Below, piece after piece: positions 49,701-60,296 of a stretch of DNA of 64,000 nucleotides. The stretch lies in assembly GCA_039189765.1 (NCBI GenBank), contig JBCCYL010000001.1, forward strand, positions 64,001 through 128,000, given 5' to 3'. A program made the translations under genes and the position numbers. The stretch is from Cyanobacteria bacterium P01_F01_bin.150 (GTDB lineage Bacteria > Cyanobacteriota > Cyanobacteriia > CAKZMO01). The notes under the pieces are model-generated. The model had not been told where the DNA came from. It ran no database searches and saw only the letters and a list, made by a program, of their open reading frames with translations. Positions within the stretch are counted from its first letter, which is position 1, and every line of letters begins with the position of its first letter.

Positions 49701-51596
49701 TGGAGCCAGCAGAGAACGGATTGGAGTAAGGTCGTATTCTGACTTTAGATTCAGGCTAATTTGTCCACAAAAAAATTGGGTGGATTGATCATCTAATCCA
49801 CCACCGTTGCTAAATGCTTCTAATAGCTGACAACATTCTTCAATGGTTGTTGCCACGATGGCTAGGCGATGGCCGTAGTGCGATCGCCCCGTTGCTGCCG
49901 TAAAGCACAAATCATCTAGCGATACATTAGGAAACTGCCGTAGATAAGCCACATAGGAATTGGCTACGGCAGCTAAAGCCTCTAGTGTTTTAGCCGACAA
50001 CACCAGAAGATGGACTTGGGGGTACTCGTTAACGTTGCTATCGTCATCTCCGTTAAGATCCCAGGGTTCTTTAAGAACCCTGGGATCTGGGGCTGAACTG
50101 GGTTCTGGGTCTGAAGATTCAACAATAATATGAACATTAGTGCCGCTCATGCCAAAAGAACTAACGCCAGCAAGAATGGGTTCATTGTCCCTTTGGCTTG
50201 TGTGGAAGGCTGTAAGTTTAGTCGGAATCTCAACCGGAAGGCGGTCCCATGGGATATAGGGATTAGGTGTCTGGAAATACAGGTGGGGCGGAATCTGACG
50301 GTGCTGGAGTGCAAGGATAACTTTAATTAGCCCAGCAACCCCAGCAGACGCTTCTAAATGCCCAATATTAGTCTTAACCGATCCGACCCTCAGGGGCTGA
50401 TGGGGCGATCGCCCTTCCCCTAACACCTTCCCCAGCGTAATTAGCTCGATGGGGTCACCCAACGATGTCCCCGTTCCGTGGGCTTCCACATACTGGATTT
50501 GGGCTGGAGAAATATTGGCGTTGGCGATCGCCTGACGAATCACATCAGCTTGGGCCGAACCGTTAGGGGCCGTTAGACCATTGCTTTGGCCATCATGATT
50601 CACTGCCGAACCGCGAATAATACCAAGGATGCGATCGCCATTTGCCACCGCATCGTCGTAGCGCTTCAGTACAACTATGCCACAGCCCTCTCCGCGACTG
50701 TAACCATTGGCATCCGCATCAAAGGTCTTACAGTGGCCATCTGTCGAAAGCGCCTTTAGCTTACAAAAGCCAATGGATGGTTCTGGCGACAGCATGGCGC
50801 TAACGCCCCCAGCCAAGGCCATTGAGGCTTCTCCTGCACGCAGACTTTGGCAGGCCAAATGTACCGCTAGCAGGGAAGATGAGCACGTCGTATCAAGCTG
50901 TAGCGTTGGCCCTTGCAGGCCCAATACGTACGACAAGCGCCCGACCGCAATACTGCGGGTATTGCCGAGACTGCTAAACGCATCAATCCGCTCTGGATCG
51001 CCGGAACGAACACTGCGGCTGGCATAGTCATCAAAGCTAAGACCAATAAATACTCCAGTCTGACTGCCTCGCAAAGCTTCCGGCGACTGGCCAGCTCGCT
51101 CAATCGCGGTATAGCTCACTTCCAGCAACAGTCGCTGCTGCGGATCAAGACTAATCGCTTCCCGAGGCGAAATACCGAAAAACTGGGGATCAAACTGATC
51201 AATATCGTCAATAAATCCTCCCAGACGGGTATACATTTTCCCCGGAACATCGGGATCAGGGTCATAGAATTCATCAATATTCCAACGCTGTGACGGGACT
51301 TCTACCATCGCATCCCGACCATTACTTAGCAGGGTCCAGTATGCCTCTGGATCATTGGCGCTACCGGGAAAACGACAGTCCATTCCGATAATGGCAATGG
51401 GTTCTATCGATGCAGACGGTTGCGATAAATGCCCTTGCGCCTTTTCCTGTAGCTGAGCCTCTAAATGGCGGTTTTGCTCGTCCAGAGATTCTAGCTCCGA
51501 GCGCATTTGCCGCATCTCAGTCAATGCGTCCAGCAGTAGCTTCTGGTAGTTAATTCTTTGATTATCAGAAACATTATCGCCAGACATAGAGGTCAT
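43701..51596 (-). CDS. AT-less type I PKS module KS-DH-cMT-ER-KR-ACP
   Basis: KS DTTCSSS/HGTGT. AT core absent. DH HPLL...DHRILD...LLDAGLQ. MT LEIGAGTGG. ER VHAASGGVG. KR ITGGLGGLG/LLDDG. ACP GMDSL. 4-bp overlaps with both neighbouring genes. Confidence 0.93.
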
Positions 51597-54500
51597 CTGC
51601 CACCTCGCTGCTGCACCTTGGCAATCTCTGCGGCTAAGAGTTGAGCCAATTCTTTTTCAGTAGCTTGCTCTAACGTTGACCCTTTATGGCGCGATGTCCC
51701 GTAATCTTTTGAGGGTTTTGTCAATGTAGGTCGGATATTTCTGGGTGACTTGCTAATAGCGTTCGGGGACGATCGAGACAAATACTCGGCCAAGGCATCA
51801 ATCGTCGGAAAATTCCATGCCACCGTCACATCTAGAGGGGTGTCCCTTCCAAGCCAGTCTTCCAAATCCTGGGCCAATTCCACAGCCATCACTGAGTCAA
51901 TTCCGTAGTCTGCAAAAGACTTTTGGCGATCGATTTGTGCAGACGCGATTTTGAGGCGATCGCTTAGCCATGTCACCAACCAAGACTGGATTGATTTTAG
52001 AGTTTGGACTTTGGCTTTTGGGGCGTTGAGGAGTTGGGGCGTTGAGGAGTTGGGGTGTTGAGGCGTTGAGGTGTTGAGGTGTTGGGGTGTTTGGTCTTTG
52101 TCGGTGTAAGGTGCCTTTTGCAAGGCGTATCGTACCGATGAGTCACTATCAGACTCTTCTTTACTTCGGTTAAATTTAGCAGGCCTGCTAGCATCATCAT
52201 CTTGATCGCGTTTTAGCCATGAATCTAACGCCCTATCCTCACCCGCTAAGGATTGTTCAATATTGCCAATGGATCGTTTATAGGTAGAGGCAAGATCAGT
52301 CATTTGAGTACCGGACGGGATTATGCTCTTATCCACCGATGCTTCCAGCATTGCCCGGTCAAGAGTCGATTGGAATCGCTGTTGTATCCATAGAAGCGAT
52401 CGCTCCAGTTCTTTACTATCCAAAGCATTAAGCGAACCATGACCATTAGCAATCTTTGTTTGTGATAATTGAGCTGATAACTGAGCCAACGCACACTCCA
52501 CACTCGCCCAGAGTGTTGCCCACGTCGCCAGTTTGCCAATCCAAGTTGAGGCATATTGCTGGGCTGTAATGTTGCTATTAAATACAGCACAGTGCTTAAA
52601 CCGATGCTGTATTTGCGCTACTGCCTCCATTAACCCATCGGCAATATGGGGAACTTTTAAGCTATTTCTCAACCAACCCAGCAAATCATTGACTGTATCT
52701 CCCGCAGTAGATGAAGCCGAACCATTGTCTAAACCAACGGCGTGGCTTAAGCGCGCCCCCAAGAACATTTCTAAGGTCTCAGTTGGCCCTTCAAAAATCC
52801 TTAGAACTCTAGCATCGCGTAGAATTTGAGGCGCTATGTTGGTTTCAATATAGCCTCGCCCCCCCAACGTCTGAACCAGGGTGTCCGCAGCCTGCCAGAA
52901 TAATTCAGGTGCAGCAATCTTACAAGCAGTGTAGGCATCCATAGGAACAGACTCTTCTCGGTCCAGACGCTGAGCAATCTGATTGACCAGGGTTTCAACC
53001 GCAGTAATCGCCATTGTGATGTGGCTTAAACGCGTTAGCGTCACTGGGTTATCCAGCAACCGTCCCGTCGATATAGATCGACGACTGCTGTAACGCACCA
53101 TTAACTGCACACAGCGCTTCATTCCGCCAACGCTAGCCGCAGCGATCGCCAATCGTCCGTACATCATGGCATCCTGGGCAACCGTCATACCTTTGCCCAC
53201 CTGCCCCAATAGCTGGGAGGACTCCACCGGAACCTGATCCAGATACACCGTATTCTGCACCATACTCCGCATGCCCATGGTCAGCGCTTCTGGTCCCTGC
53301 CGAAGACCAGGGGAATTTTGCCGCACCACAAACCCGCTGATGCCCGCCCAGGTCCCATCCACAAGCTGATGCTGGGTAAACACATTGATAACGCCAGCCC
53401 AAGCCGCCGAACCACTCCAAATCTTGGTACCGCTAATTAGAGCGGCCATAGAGTACACAGAGTCCGCTGGCGGCGCAACCGCCTTCGTCTGAATCGCCCG
53501 AGGATTAGACCCCGCAACAGGTTCAGTCAGGGCAAAGGCTGCTAGCTCTCGTCCCGTCGCCAATTGAGGCAACAACTCATCCTTCAAAGCAGACTTGCCG
53601 TAGTTGAGAATGGGGCGAATGCCCAACACATTGTTTAGACCCACAAACAGCGCCAGAGTCGTATCAACAGCCCCCAACTGCTGCATCACCTGCATCATAT
53701 CCAAGTTGCCCAATGCCAACCCTCCATAGGACTCTGGCACCTGCATTCCTAACAACCCCTGATTGCCAAAATCCAGCAATACATGGGGTGAAATCGTCCG
53801 TCGCTCATCCATTAACTGGGAATTAATCCGATGGTCCGCATAGTCCCGCAGCCAGCGGATAAGAGACTGAACCTTAGGATTTTGGATGTTAGATTTTGGA
53901 TTTTGGGGTTCGGACTTAGGATTTTGGGGGGAGAGTTGAGGAGTTGGAGCGTTGGAACGTTGGGGTATTGGAAAAGCTTGGTCCCCTTCTTGGGAGGGGC
54001 TAGGGGTGGGTTCTTCTGCCTTAGCTTCTGCCTTCTGCCTTCCGCCTTCTGTCTTTAATTCTGCCTTCTGCCTTCTGCCTTCTGCCTTAACTTCTGCCTT
54101 TAATTCTGCCTTCTGCCTTCTGCCTTCTGCCTTAATAACCCCTGCCAACTCCCCTGCCAGCCAATCCGTCTTGCACTGCTGGCGCTGAATTTTGCCACTG
54201 GAGGTTTTGGGAATACCGTTGGGCTTAACTAGGGCGATCGCGCCTATCTGAAGCGCATGACTATGGGATACTGCCGCCCGCATTGCCGCCATAATATCTG
54301 TGGTTAAGGCTTCGTCTTTTAGTTTTCGCACCCAGGTCCGTTCAACTTCCTGAACAACCACAATTTGCTGCTGTCCACTTTGGCCATCGGCACCAATGCA
54401 TTCAACGCTAAAAACTGCTCCGTGGCCTTGGCGTAGGGCAGGATGACATGCAGCGATCGCAGCTTCTATATCCTGAGGGTAGTGATTTTGACCCCGAACA

Positions 54501-55915
54501 ATAATGACATCTTTGATGCGACCCGTGATATATAGATCTCCCTGGGATATGAACCCTAGATCGCCAGTGCGGAGGAACGACTCTTGTCGATCCTCAACTC
54601 TGCCGTTAAACACCGCTTCTGTCTCATCAGCACGCTGCCAATACCCCTGGGCCACACTGTTACCAGTTACCCAAACTTCCCCCACTTGTCCGTCATCACA
54701 AACGCCGCAAGTATCTGGATGAACCACTAGAACCGACTGCCCCAACAACGGTTGACCACAGCTAACCCGTAGCGGTATTGCCGTTGATTTGTCATCATCC
54801 TGGGAAGCATCTCGTTGATGGTCATACACAACGCTGGGAACCTCATTTTTCTGCCCCCCCGTGACAAATAGGGTCGCCTCTGCCAAACCGTAACAAGGAT
54901 AGAAAGCCCGTTGCCGAAACCCACAGCCTTCAAAGGCTTGGGCGAAACGCTCTAGGGTTGACCATTGAACCGGTTCAGCACCAGTAAAGGCTACATCCCA
55001 GGAACTCAGGTCAATCTCAGATCGCTGCTCTGGAGGAATTTTCTGAATACAAAGATCGTAAGCGAAATTAGGTCCACCGCTACTTGTAATCCCATAGCGG
55101 GCGATCGCATCCAGCCAGCGCTTTGGCTTTTGCAGAAAGTGGACTGGGGCCATCAGCGTAATTGGAAATCCCCCATACAGCGGCTGGAGAATACCGCCAA
55201 TCAGTCCCATATCGTGGTAAGACGGCAACCAGCTTAATCCGCGACTATCGCTATCATGGTCAAATCCCTGGTAAATCTGCGCCAGATTATGGAGCAAATT
55301 GCCATGGCTAACCATCACTCCCTTGGGCGTTCCCGTTGCCCCAGACGTATATTGGAGTAATGCCAGACTGTCTTCCGTAATCCTTGGCTTTATCCAGGAC
55401 TCAGCTTGACCAGATACATCGTCCGTTGCGATCCATTGAATAGGGAATGAAACGTCATTCCACTGCTGATCACCCAGGGATGACTGTAGTGATGCAATGG
55501 CCTCTGCGGTGGTCATCACAATAGCGGCCTGGGCATCTTGGGCGATCGCCGTTACTCGGTGCTGATGTCGATTATTGCGAGGCAAATAGGCAGGCACTGG
55601 AACCACACCGGCGTAAAGACACCCAAAGAAGGCCGCCACAAACTCCAATCCGGCAGGATAAAGCATTAATGCTCGTTCTCCTACACATTCACTGCCCGAC
55701 TCAGCGTAGAGAGCCTGAATGTGGGCAGCAATGGCCCGCGCCTGCTGATCCAAGGCATCGTACGTTAAGTAGCGCTCGTCCCGTTCTCCATCTGCTAGAA
55801 ATCGGTATATCTGCTGAGGTTGGTGAGCCGCACGCTCACATAGCATATCAACCAATGTTGGCCATTGCCCTAAATTGAAATTCGTAGACAGAGAACGTGA
55901 ATTCGCAACCACCAT
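51593..55915 (-). CDS. Starter enzyme: fatty acyl-AMP ligase (FAAL) - acyl-CoA/ACP dehydrogenase - ACP fusion
   Basis: LQYTSGATGTPKG, WLPSYHDMGLIG, PCYGLAEATL, RTGDLGF, KTSSGKIQR (FAAL). FALTEPVAGS, TKIWSG, RIFEGPTE (ACAD). YGIDSVMAVEL (ACP). Confidence 0.93.
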   Translation of the reverse strand: MVVANSRSLSTNFNLGQWPTLVDMLCERAAHQPQQIYRFLADGERDERYLTYDALDQQARAIAAHIQALYAESGSECVGERALMLYPAGLEFVAAFFGCLYAGVVPVPAYLPRNNRHQHRVTAIAQDAQAAIVMTTAEAIASLQSSLGDQQWNDVSFPIQWIATDDVSGQAESWIKPRITEDSLALLQYTSGATGTPKGVMVSHGNLLHNLAQIYQGFDHDSDSRGLSWLPSYHDMGLIGGILQPLYGGFPITLMAPVHFLQKPKRWLDAIARYGITSSGGPNFAYDLCIQKIPPEQRSEIDLSSWDVAFTGAEPVQWSTLERFAQAFEGCGFRQRAFYPCYGLAEATLFVTGGQKNEVPSVVYDHQRDASQDDDKSTAIPLRVSCGQPLLGQSVLVVHPDTCGVCDDGQVGEVWVTGNSVAQGYWQRADETEAVFNGRVEDRQESFLRTGDLGFISQGDLYITGRIKDVIIVRGQNHYPQDIEAAIAACHPALRQGHGAVFSVECIGADGQSGQQQIVVVQEVERTWVRKLKDEALTTDIMAAMRAAVSHSHALQIGAIALVKPNGIPKTSSGKIQRQQCKTDWLAGELAGVIKAEGRRQKAELKAEVKAEGRRQKAELKTEGGRQKAEAKAEEPTPSPSQEGDQAFPIPQRSNAPTPQLSPQNPKSEPQNPKSNIQNPKVQSLIRWLRDYADHRINSQLMDERRTISPHVLLDFGNQGLLGMQVPESYGGLALGNLDMMQVMQQLGAVDTTLALFVGLNNVLGIRPILNYGKSALKDELLPQLATGRELAAFALTEPVAGSNPRAIQTKAVAPPADSVYSMAALISGTKIWSGSAAWAGVINVFTQHQLVDGTWAGISGFVVRQNSPGLRQGPEALTMGMRSMVQNTVYLDQVPVESSQLLGQVGKGMTVAQDAMMYGRLAIAAASVGGMKRCVQLMVRYSSRRSISTGRLLDNPVTLTRLSHITMAITAVETLVNQIAQRLDREESVPMDAYTACKIAAPELFWQAADTLVQTLGGRGYIETNIAPQILRDARVLRIFEGPTETLEMFLGARLSHAVGLDNGSASSTAGDTVNDLLGWLRNSLKVPHIADGLMEAVAQIQHRFKHCAVFNSNITAQQYASTWIGKLATWATLWASVECALAQLSAQLSQTKIANGHGSLNALDSKELERSLLWIQQRFQSTLDRAMLEASVDKSIIPSGTQMTDLASTYKRSIGNIEQSLAGEDRALDSWLKRDQDDDASRPAKFNRSKEESDSDSSVRYALQKAPYTDKDQTPQHLNTSTPQHPNSSTPQLLNAPKAKVQTLKSIQSWLVTWLSDRLKIASAQIDRQKSFADYGIDSVMAVELAQDLEDWLGRDTPLDVTVAWNFPTIDALAEYLSRSSPNAISKSPRNIRPTLTKPSKDYGTSRHKGSTLEQATEKELAQLLAAEIAKVQQRGGR
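53879..54133 (-). repeat. Composite tandem-repeat cassette (GGCAGAA)n - 30-nt repeat - (CCCCAACT)n - (AAAATCC)n in the FAAL-ACAD linker
   Basis: Translates KAEGRRQ...PTPSPSQEGD...PTPQL...QNPKS. Related cassettes near 7608-7735, 8417-8528, 11190-11301, 13674-13778, 19680-19881, 25125-25240, 25490-25648, 27980-28181, 33377-33490, 43787-43989, 45717-45968, 48910-49007. Confidence 0.92.
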
Positions 55916-56355
55916 AAGCCTTCAACGCGAAATGTTAGTGAAGATTTTTACATGAACTATCGATGCCTATTCTCATTAAGAGAGGACCACTAGATGTCTG
56001 CATCGCCTTAAGTTCTGTTCGAAATGCCTAATTAAATATAATATCTTTGCACCCAGCAACCAATAGATGAGACCATAACGATTTTAATTCTCAACAGTCC
56101 TTGTCAAATAAAGGAAGATTAAAGAATTGCCTCGTTACCGATAAAGCTGACCTCTTCTGACTTTTAACATCCTTATCCTCAACATGTGGGGCAAAAAAGA
56201 ATGTTGGAGCTACGCAAATATTATTGCATACTTTTCCTGATAGGATAACTGGGTGTATTGAATATATAGAGGTTGGGCATAGAGTTCTTCAGATATAACA
56301 TTAGTCTATTTCATTTTTTTTTTTCAGAAGCTTTAATAATTTGTCCAGGAGTATT
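55916..56355. promoter_or_regulatory. Divergent promoter region (biosynthetic genes vs receptor/MFS) with weak Fur-box-like sites
   Basis: AT-rich gap between divergent starts. Imperfect Fur-like strings TAACGATTTTAATTCTCAA (56076-56094) and TACGCAAATATTATTGCAT (56211-56229). Confidence 0.4.
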
Positions 56356-58749
56356 ATGTCATTACGATTAGTATGTTCCAGTGTTGGAGTGACTTGGCTC
56401 TTGCTGTTATGCACGGGACGTCCAGCTGGGTCTCAATCCGTACCCTCTATTATATGTGCAGAACAAATTGTAGGTACTGATTCAGATGCGACCCCTGTCT
56501 ATCAGTCAGCATCGGCTCCTCTCCATCCACTTCAGCCTGTTGGCATTGGTTTGGACGTTAGCCCCAACCAGGAAGCCGTATCTAAGTTACGGTCGGCGGA
56601 AGATACTATGAAATGTCAGAACACACAAAATAGTCATGAGCAGCTATCCCAATCTGTTTCACAGATTGGAGATGAGAGAATCGCCCAGCTAATCGTTCCC
56701 AGCATCGGAGATCTGGATGATGGTGATGAAGATTTCTACGTGCCAGATTCGTCCGCAGGAACTCGAACAGATACGCCAATCATTGAAGTGCCGGCCACCA
56801 TTCAAGTTATCCCAGATGCGGTGATTGAAAGCCAGACTCCATTATCAACTTCAGATATTTTGCGCAACTCTGCGGGGGCAACCACTGGTCGTGTATCCAG
56901 TGATAACTTGGGGTTTCTGCCCATTATTCGTGGATTTGAAAGTCAAATTTTTCTGCGTAATGGCCTACCTGACAGTACATTAAACCGAGTTGCTGGTGTC
57001 ACTAATATTGAAAGTGTGGAGATTGTCCGAGGCCCGATCTCTCTTTACGGCTTATCGAACTTGGGCGGGACCGTCAACTTTGTCACGGAACAGCCTTTAG
57101 ATGATCCCTTTTACAGTGTGGAATACACCCTGGGAGAATTTGGCCTACACCGTCCCAGTCTAGATTTTTCGATACCGCTAAACAGTGACGATGATGATGG
57201 CGACGATGAAAACGGCGATTTAGCCCTAAGGGTTAACGCGACTTATGAAAACTCCAGGAGTTTTCGAGACGATTTTCAAAATCGCTATACCTTTGTATCT
57301 CCGGTGTTAAGGGCTATTGATACTGAAGATACCTCCCTGGTGATTGATATGGAGTATTTTAATTTTCAATCCGATGGCGGAACAGTAGAACTGCCTGCGG
57401 TGGGGACTGTCGTTGATAACCCCAATGGAGAGGTGGATTTGGATGCTAACTTAGGTAGTGATCCAGATTTTGCTAGCGATCGCCAAATTACCACCCGTGT
57501 TGGCTACCTGTTTAGTCACAACATCAATGATGATTGGACCATACGAAATGAATTTTTATATTCCTCCAGAGAGGACGTAGAGTCTACAGGCTTTATTCCC
57601 CGTGAACTTTTAGAGGATCAGCGGACCTTACTGATTTTTCCATTTGAGAACCCTAGCACAGAAACCAATATAAATCTCAATACCAACATTAGTGGTGAGT
57701 TCACCACTGGACCCATTAACCACGATCTATTGGTTGGAGTTGAACTGGCTAGGGCAACGGAAGTCGATATTCTGAACTTTTCAGAGGATACTGTTGATAT
57801 TTTTACTGGGGATAGGGTCAATCCGATTCCGTTTGAAGATCTGATCCAGGATTTTACGACCTTTGAGAATATTGAAAATGAAGTTAATACGGTCGGTGTC
57901 TATTTGCAAGATCAGATTAAGTTACTCGATGATCGACTTATCTTTGTCGCAGGTGGACGCGTCGACTTCGTCGATGAAACCTATGAAGACTTAAATGCCC
58001 CCGAACTCAGTTATGAGCGTAACACGACCGCTTTTAGTCCTCGGCTTGGTTTAGTGTACATGCCGTCTGAAAATATTTCTGTATACGGTAGCTTTGCCCG
58101 CTCGTTTTTTCCAGTGGTCGGTCGAGAGGTTGATGAAAATGATGAGTTTTCAGATGCATTTGAGCCAGAACGGGGGACCCAATTCGAAATTGGGGTGAAG
58201 GCTGAACTTAACGAGAAGCTACTGGCAACTCTGGCGCTTTATGACCTTACCCGTACTAATCTCACCGTTGAAAATCCCTCTGGGCGGGGTCAACTCCAGC
58301 TTGGCGAACAGCAGAGTCAGGGAATTGAGCTAAATGTAACGGGAGAGATTCTATCCGGGTGGAATGTATTTGCTGGCTATGCCTACACAGACGCTAGGGT
58401 GGCCGAAGATGACCAGTTTAGTTCTGGGAATGCCATCAACAACGTTGCCAGGAATGCCGTTAGTCTCTGGACGACCTATGAATTACAGAAAGGAAGTCTG
58501 GAAGGATTAGGGTTTGGTCTGGGACTCTTTTATCAAAGTGAACGGGAAGGTGACCTCGACAATACCTTTGAGTTGCCTAGCTTTCTGCGTACCGATGCCA
58601 CAATTTTCTACAAGCGCGATCGCCTCCGTACCTCTCTGACGGTTCAAAATCTGTTTAACGAAGAGATTTTTGAGGGGGCAAGGAGCAATGTTCGGGTGAT
58701 TCCAGGTGCCCCCCGAACGGTTCTTGGGCAGATTGCCTGGGAGCTATAG
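56356..58749 (+). CDS. TonB-dependent (siderophore-type) outer-membrane receptor
   Basis: Signal-like N-terminus. Plug motifs GTRTDTPIIEVPATIQVIP, IRGF, IESVEIVRGP, GGTVN. Barrel motifs FSPRLG, PERGTQFEIG, NLFNE. C-terminal PGAPRT...WEL. ATG at 56356 is in frame with the track's 56341 start. Confidence 0.93.
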   Translation: MSLRLVCSSVGVTWLLLLCTGRPAGSQSVPSIICAEQIVGTDSDATPVYQSASAPLHPLQPVGIGLDVSPNQEAVSKLRSAEDTMKCQNTQNSHEQLSQSVSQIGDERIAQLIVPSIGDLDDGDEDFYVPDSSAGTRTDTPIIEVPATIQVIPDAVIESQTPLSTSDILRNSAGATTGRVSSDNLGFLPIIRGFESQIFLRNGLPDSTLNRVAGVTNIESVEIVRGPISLYGLSNLGGTVNFVTEQPLDDPFYSVEYTLGEFGLHRPSLDFSIPLNSDDDDGDDENGDLALRVNATYENSRSFRDDFQNRYTFVSPVLRAIDTEDTSLVIDMEYFNFQSDGGTVELPAVGTVVDNPNGEVDLDANLGSDPDFASDRQITTRVGYLFSHNINDDWTIRNEFLYSSREDVESTGFIPRELLEDQRTLLIFPFENPSTETNINLNTNISGEFTTGPINHDLLVGVELARATEVDILNFSEDTVDIFTGDRVNPIPFEDLIQDFTTFENIENEVNTVGVYLQDQIKLLDDRLIFVAGGRVDFVDETYEDLNAPELSYERNTTAFSPRLGLVYMPSENISVYGSFARSFFPVVGREVDENDEFSDAFEPERGTQFEIGVKAELNEKLLATLALYDLTRTNLTVENPSGRGQLQLGEQQSQGIELNVTGEILSGWNVFAGYAYTDARVAEDDQFSSGNAINNVARNAVSLWTTYELQKGSLEGLGFGLGLFYQSEREGDLDNTFELPSFLRTDATIFYKRDRLRTSLTVQNLFNEEIFEGARSNVRVIPGAPRTVLGQIAWEL

Positions 58750-58761
58750 GAGTAAGCAGAT

Positions 58762-60081
58762 ATGCGATCGTTTCTGCGAATTTGGGTCGGGCAGCTTGTT
58801 TCCACCATCGGCAGCTATATGACGGTGTTTGCCCTAATGATTTGGGTGTGGCAACAAACTGAGTCGGCGACGACCCTTGCCCTTATTACTTTTTTCTCCC
58901 AGCTCCCCCGGATTTTTATTACGCCAGTGGCTGGCCTAATTGTCGATCGCTTTGATCGAAAGCGCCTGATGATTTTGGGAGATGTGGTCGCCCTATTGGC
59001 TACGGTGGCGATCGCCCTCCTCTATTACATTGGTGTCCTGCAAATCTGGCATTTGTATGGAGCGGTGGCCATTTATGGCTGCTTTGGTCAAGTGCAAAAC
59101 TTGGCGTATTCCACCTCTATTGCCCTATTGGTTCCTAAGGCGCAGTATACTCGTGCAGAGAGCATGGTGGCGGCAGTAAACTACAGCGGTGCCATTTTCT
59201 CGCCGATTTTGGCGGGAAGTTTGTATCCTCTCATTGGTCTATCTGGGATATTTACAATTGATTTCTCCACCTTTTTAATTGCTTTTGGTACGCTGCTGTC
59301 GGTCACCATTCCTAAACCGGATGCCCCATCGAAGTCTGAAGCTGCGGCCCAGGATAATGCCCCACTTGGGCAAAAGCTCACCTATGGGTTTCGCTATATT
59401 GCTGCTCGACCGGGGTTAGTGGCGATGGTGATTGCCTTCTCTCTGTTTGCGGTTCCTAACGATATTAGTAAAGCGCTCTATAACCCAATGATTCTGGCTC
59501 GTAGCGGTGGCGATGCCCGTATTTTGGGCATTGTCACCACAGCGGCAGGGCTAGGGGGAGTCTTGGGTGCAGTGGGCATTAGTGTATGGGGGGGATTTAA
59601 GCGCAAAATTCACGGCATGCTGGTGGGGTTTGCTGTGGCTGGTTTTTTCAAAATCATCCTAGGGCTGGGGCAAACGTCTTGGGTGTGGATTGCAGCCCAC
59701 TTGTGTTCGACCTTAGCCGTGCCGCTCTTCTATAGCTCTAGTAATGCCATCTGGTATTCTAAGGTGCCACCCTCGTCCCAAGGTCGTGTGCTGGCAGCGG
59801 ATCAAATGATTGGCCTGGTGATTGGGGCGATCGCCCCCCTAATGGCTGGTCCGCTAGCTGATTATGTGATGGAACCAGCTATGTCTAACGATGGCTGGCT
59901 GGTTCCTGTTTTTGGTTCTATCATAGGATCTGGGCCTGGGGCAGGGATTGCCCTGCTGTATGCAGTTATGGCATTTTTAATGATGCTGGTGGGGCTGGGA
60001 GGATATGCCGTTTATACCCTCCGAAATGTAGAAACCATTTTGCCCGATCATGATGAAAGTCCCCCCACTCCCGTACGTTAG
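58762..60081 (+). CDS. MFS transporter (macrolide-efflux/siderophore-export-like)
   Basis: Many hydrophobic segments; WVGQLVSTIGS, MFS motif AGLIVDRFDRKRLMI, QGRV. Starts 12 bp after the receptor stop. Confidence 0.9.
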   Translation: MRSFLRIWVGQLVSTIGSYMTVFALMIWVWQQTESATTLALITFFSQLPRIFITPVAGLIVDRFDRKRLMILGDVVALLATVAIALLYYIGVLQIWHLYGAVAIYGCFGQVQNLAYSTSIALLVPKAQYTRAESMVAAVNYSGAIFSPILAGSLYPLIGLSGIFTIDFSTFLIAFGTLLSVTIPKPDAPSKSEAAAQDNAPLGQKLTYGFRYIAARPGLVAMVIAFSLFAVPNDISKALYNPMILARSGGDARILGIVTTAAGLGGVLGAVGISVWGGFKRKIHGMLVGFAVAGFFKIILGLGQTSWVWIAAHLCSTLAVPLFYSSSNAIWYSKVPPSSQGRVLAADQMIGLVIGAIAPLMAGPLADYVMEPAMSNDGWLVPVFGSIIGSGPGAGIALLYAVMAFLMMLVGLGGYAVYTLRNVETILPDHDESPPTPVR

Positions 60082-60296
60082 GGTTCTGCCATGGTAATAG
60101 GTGCATTGTTCTCATGTTGTGCTGTGCAAATTTTGCACGGTTTTGTGCTTAGGCCGTTTATGGTCTTAATTGAGCGTCCTCGGGTTTCGTTTTGAGACGA
60201 AACAGAATTAACGCAGGAGTAGGCACGACATGCCCACTCCTGCCGCCTAACGTTGATACTCCGTCCTCTGTTGTAAGCATGTCAAGGATTTAAGCA

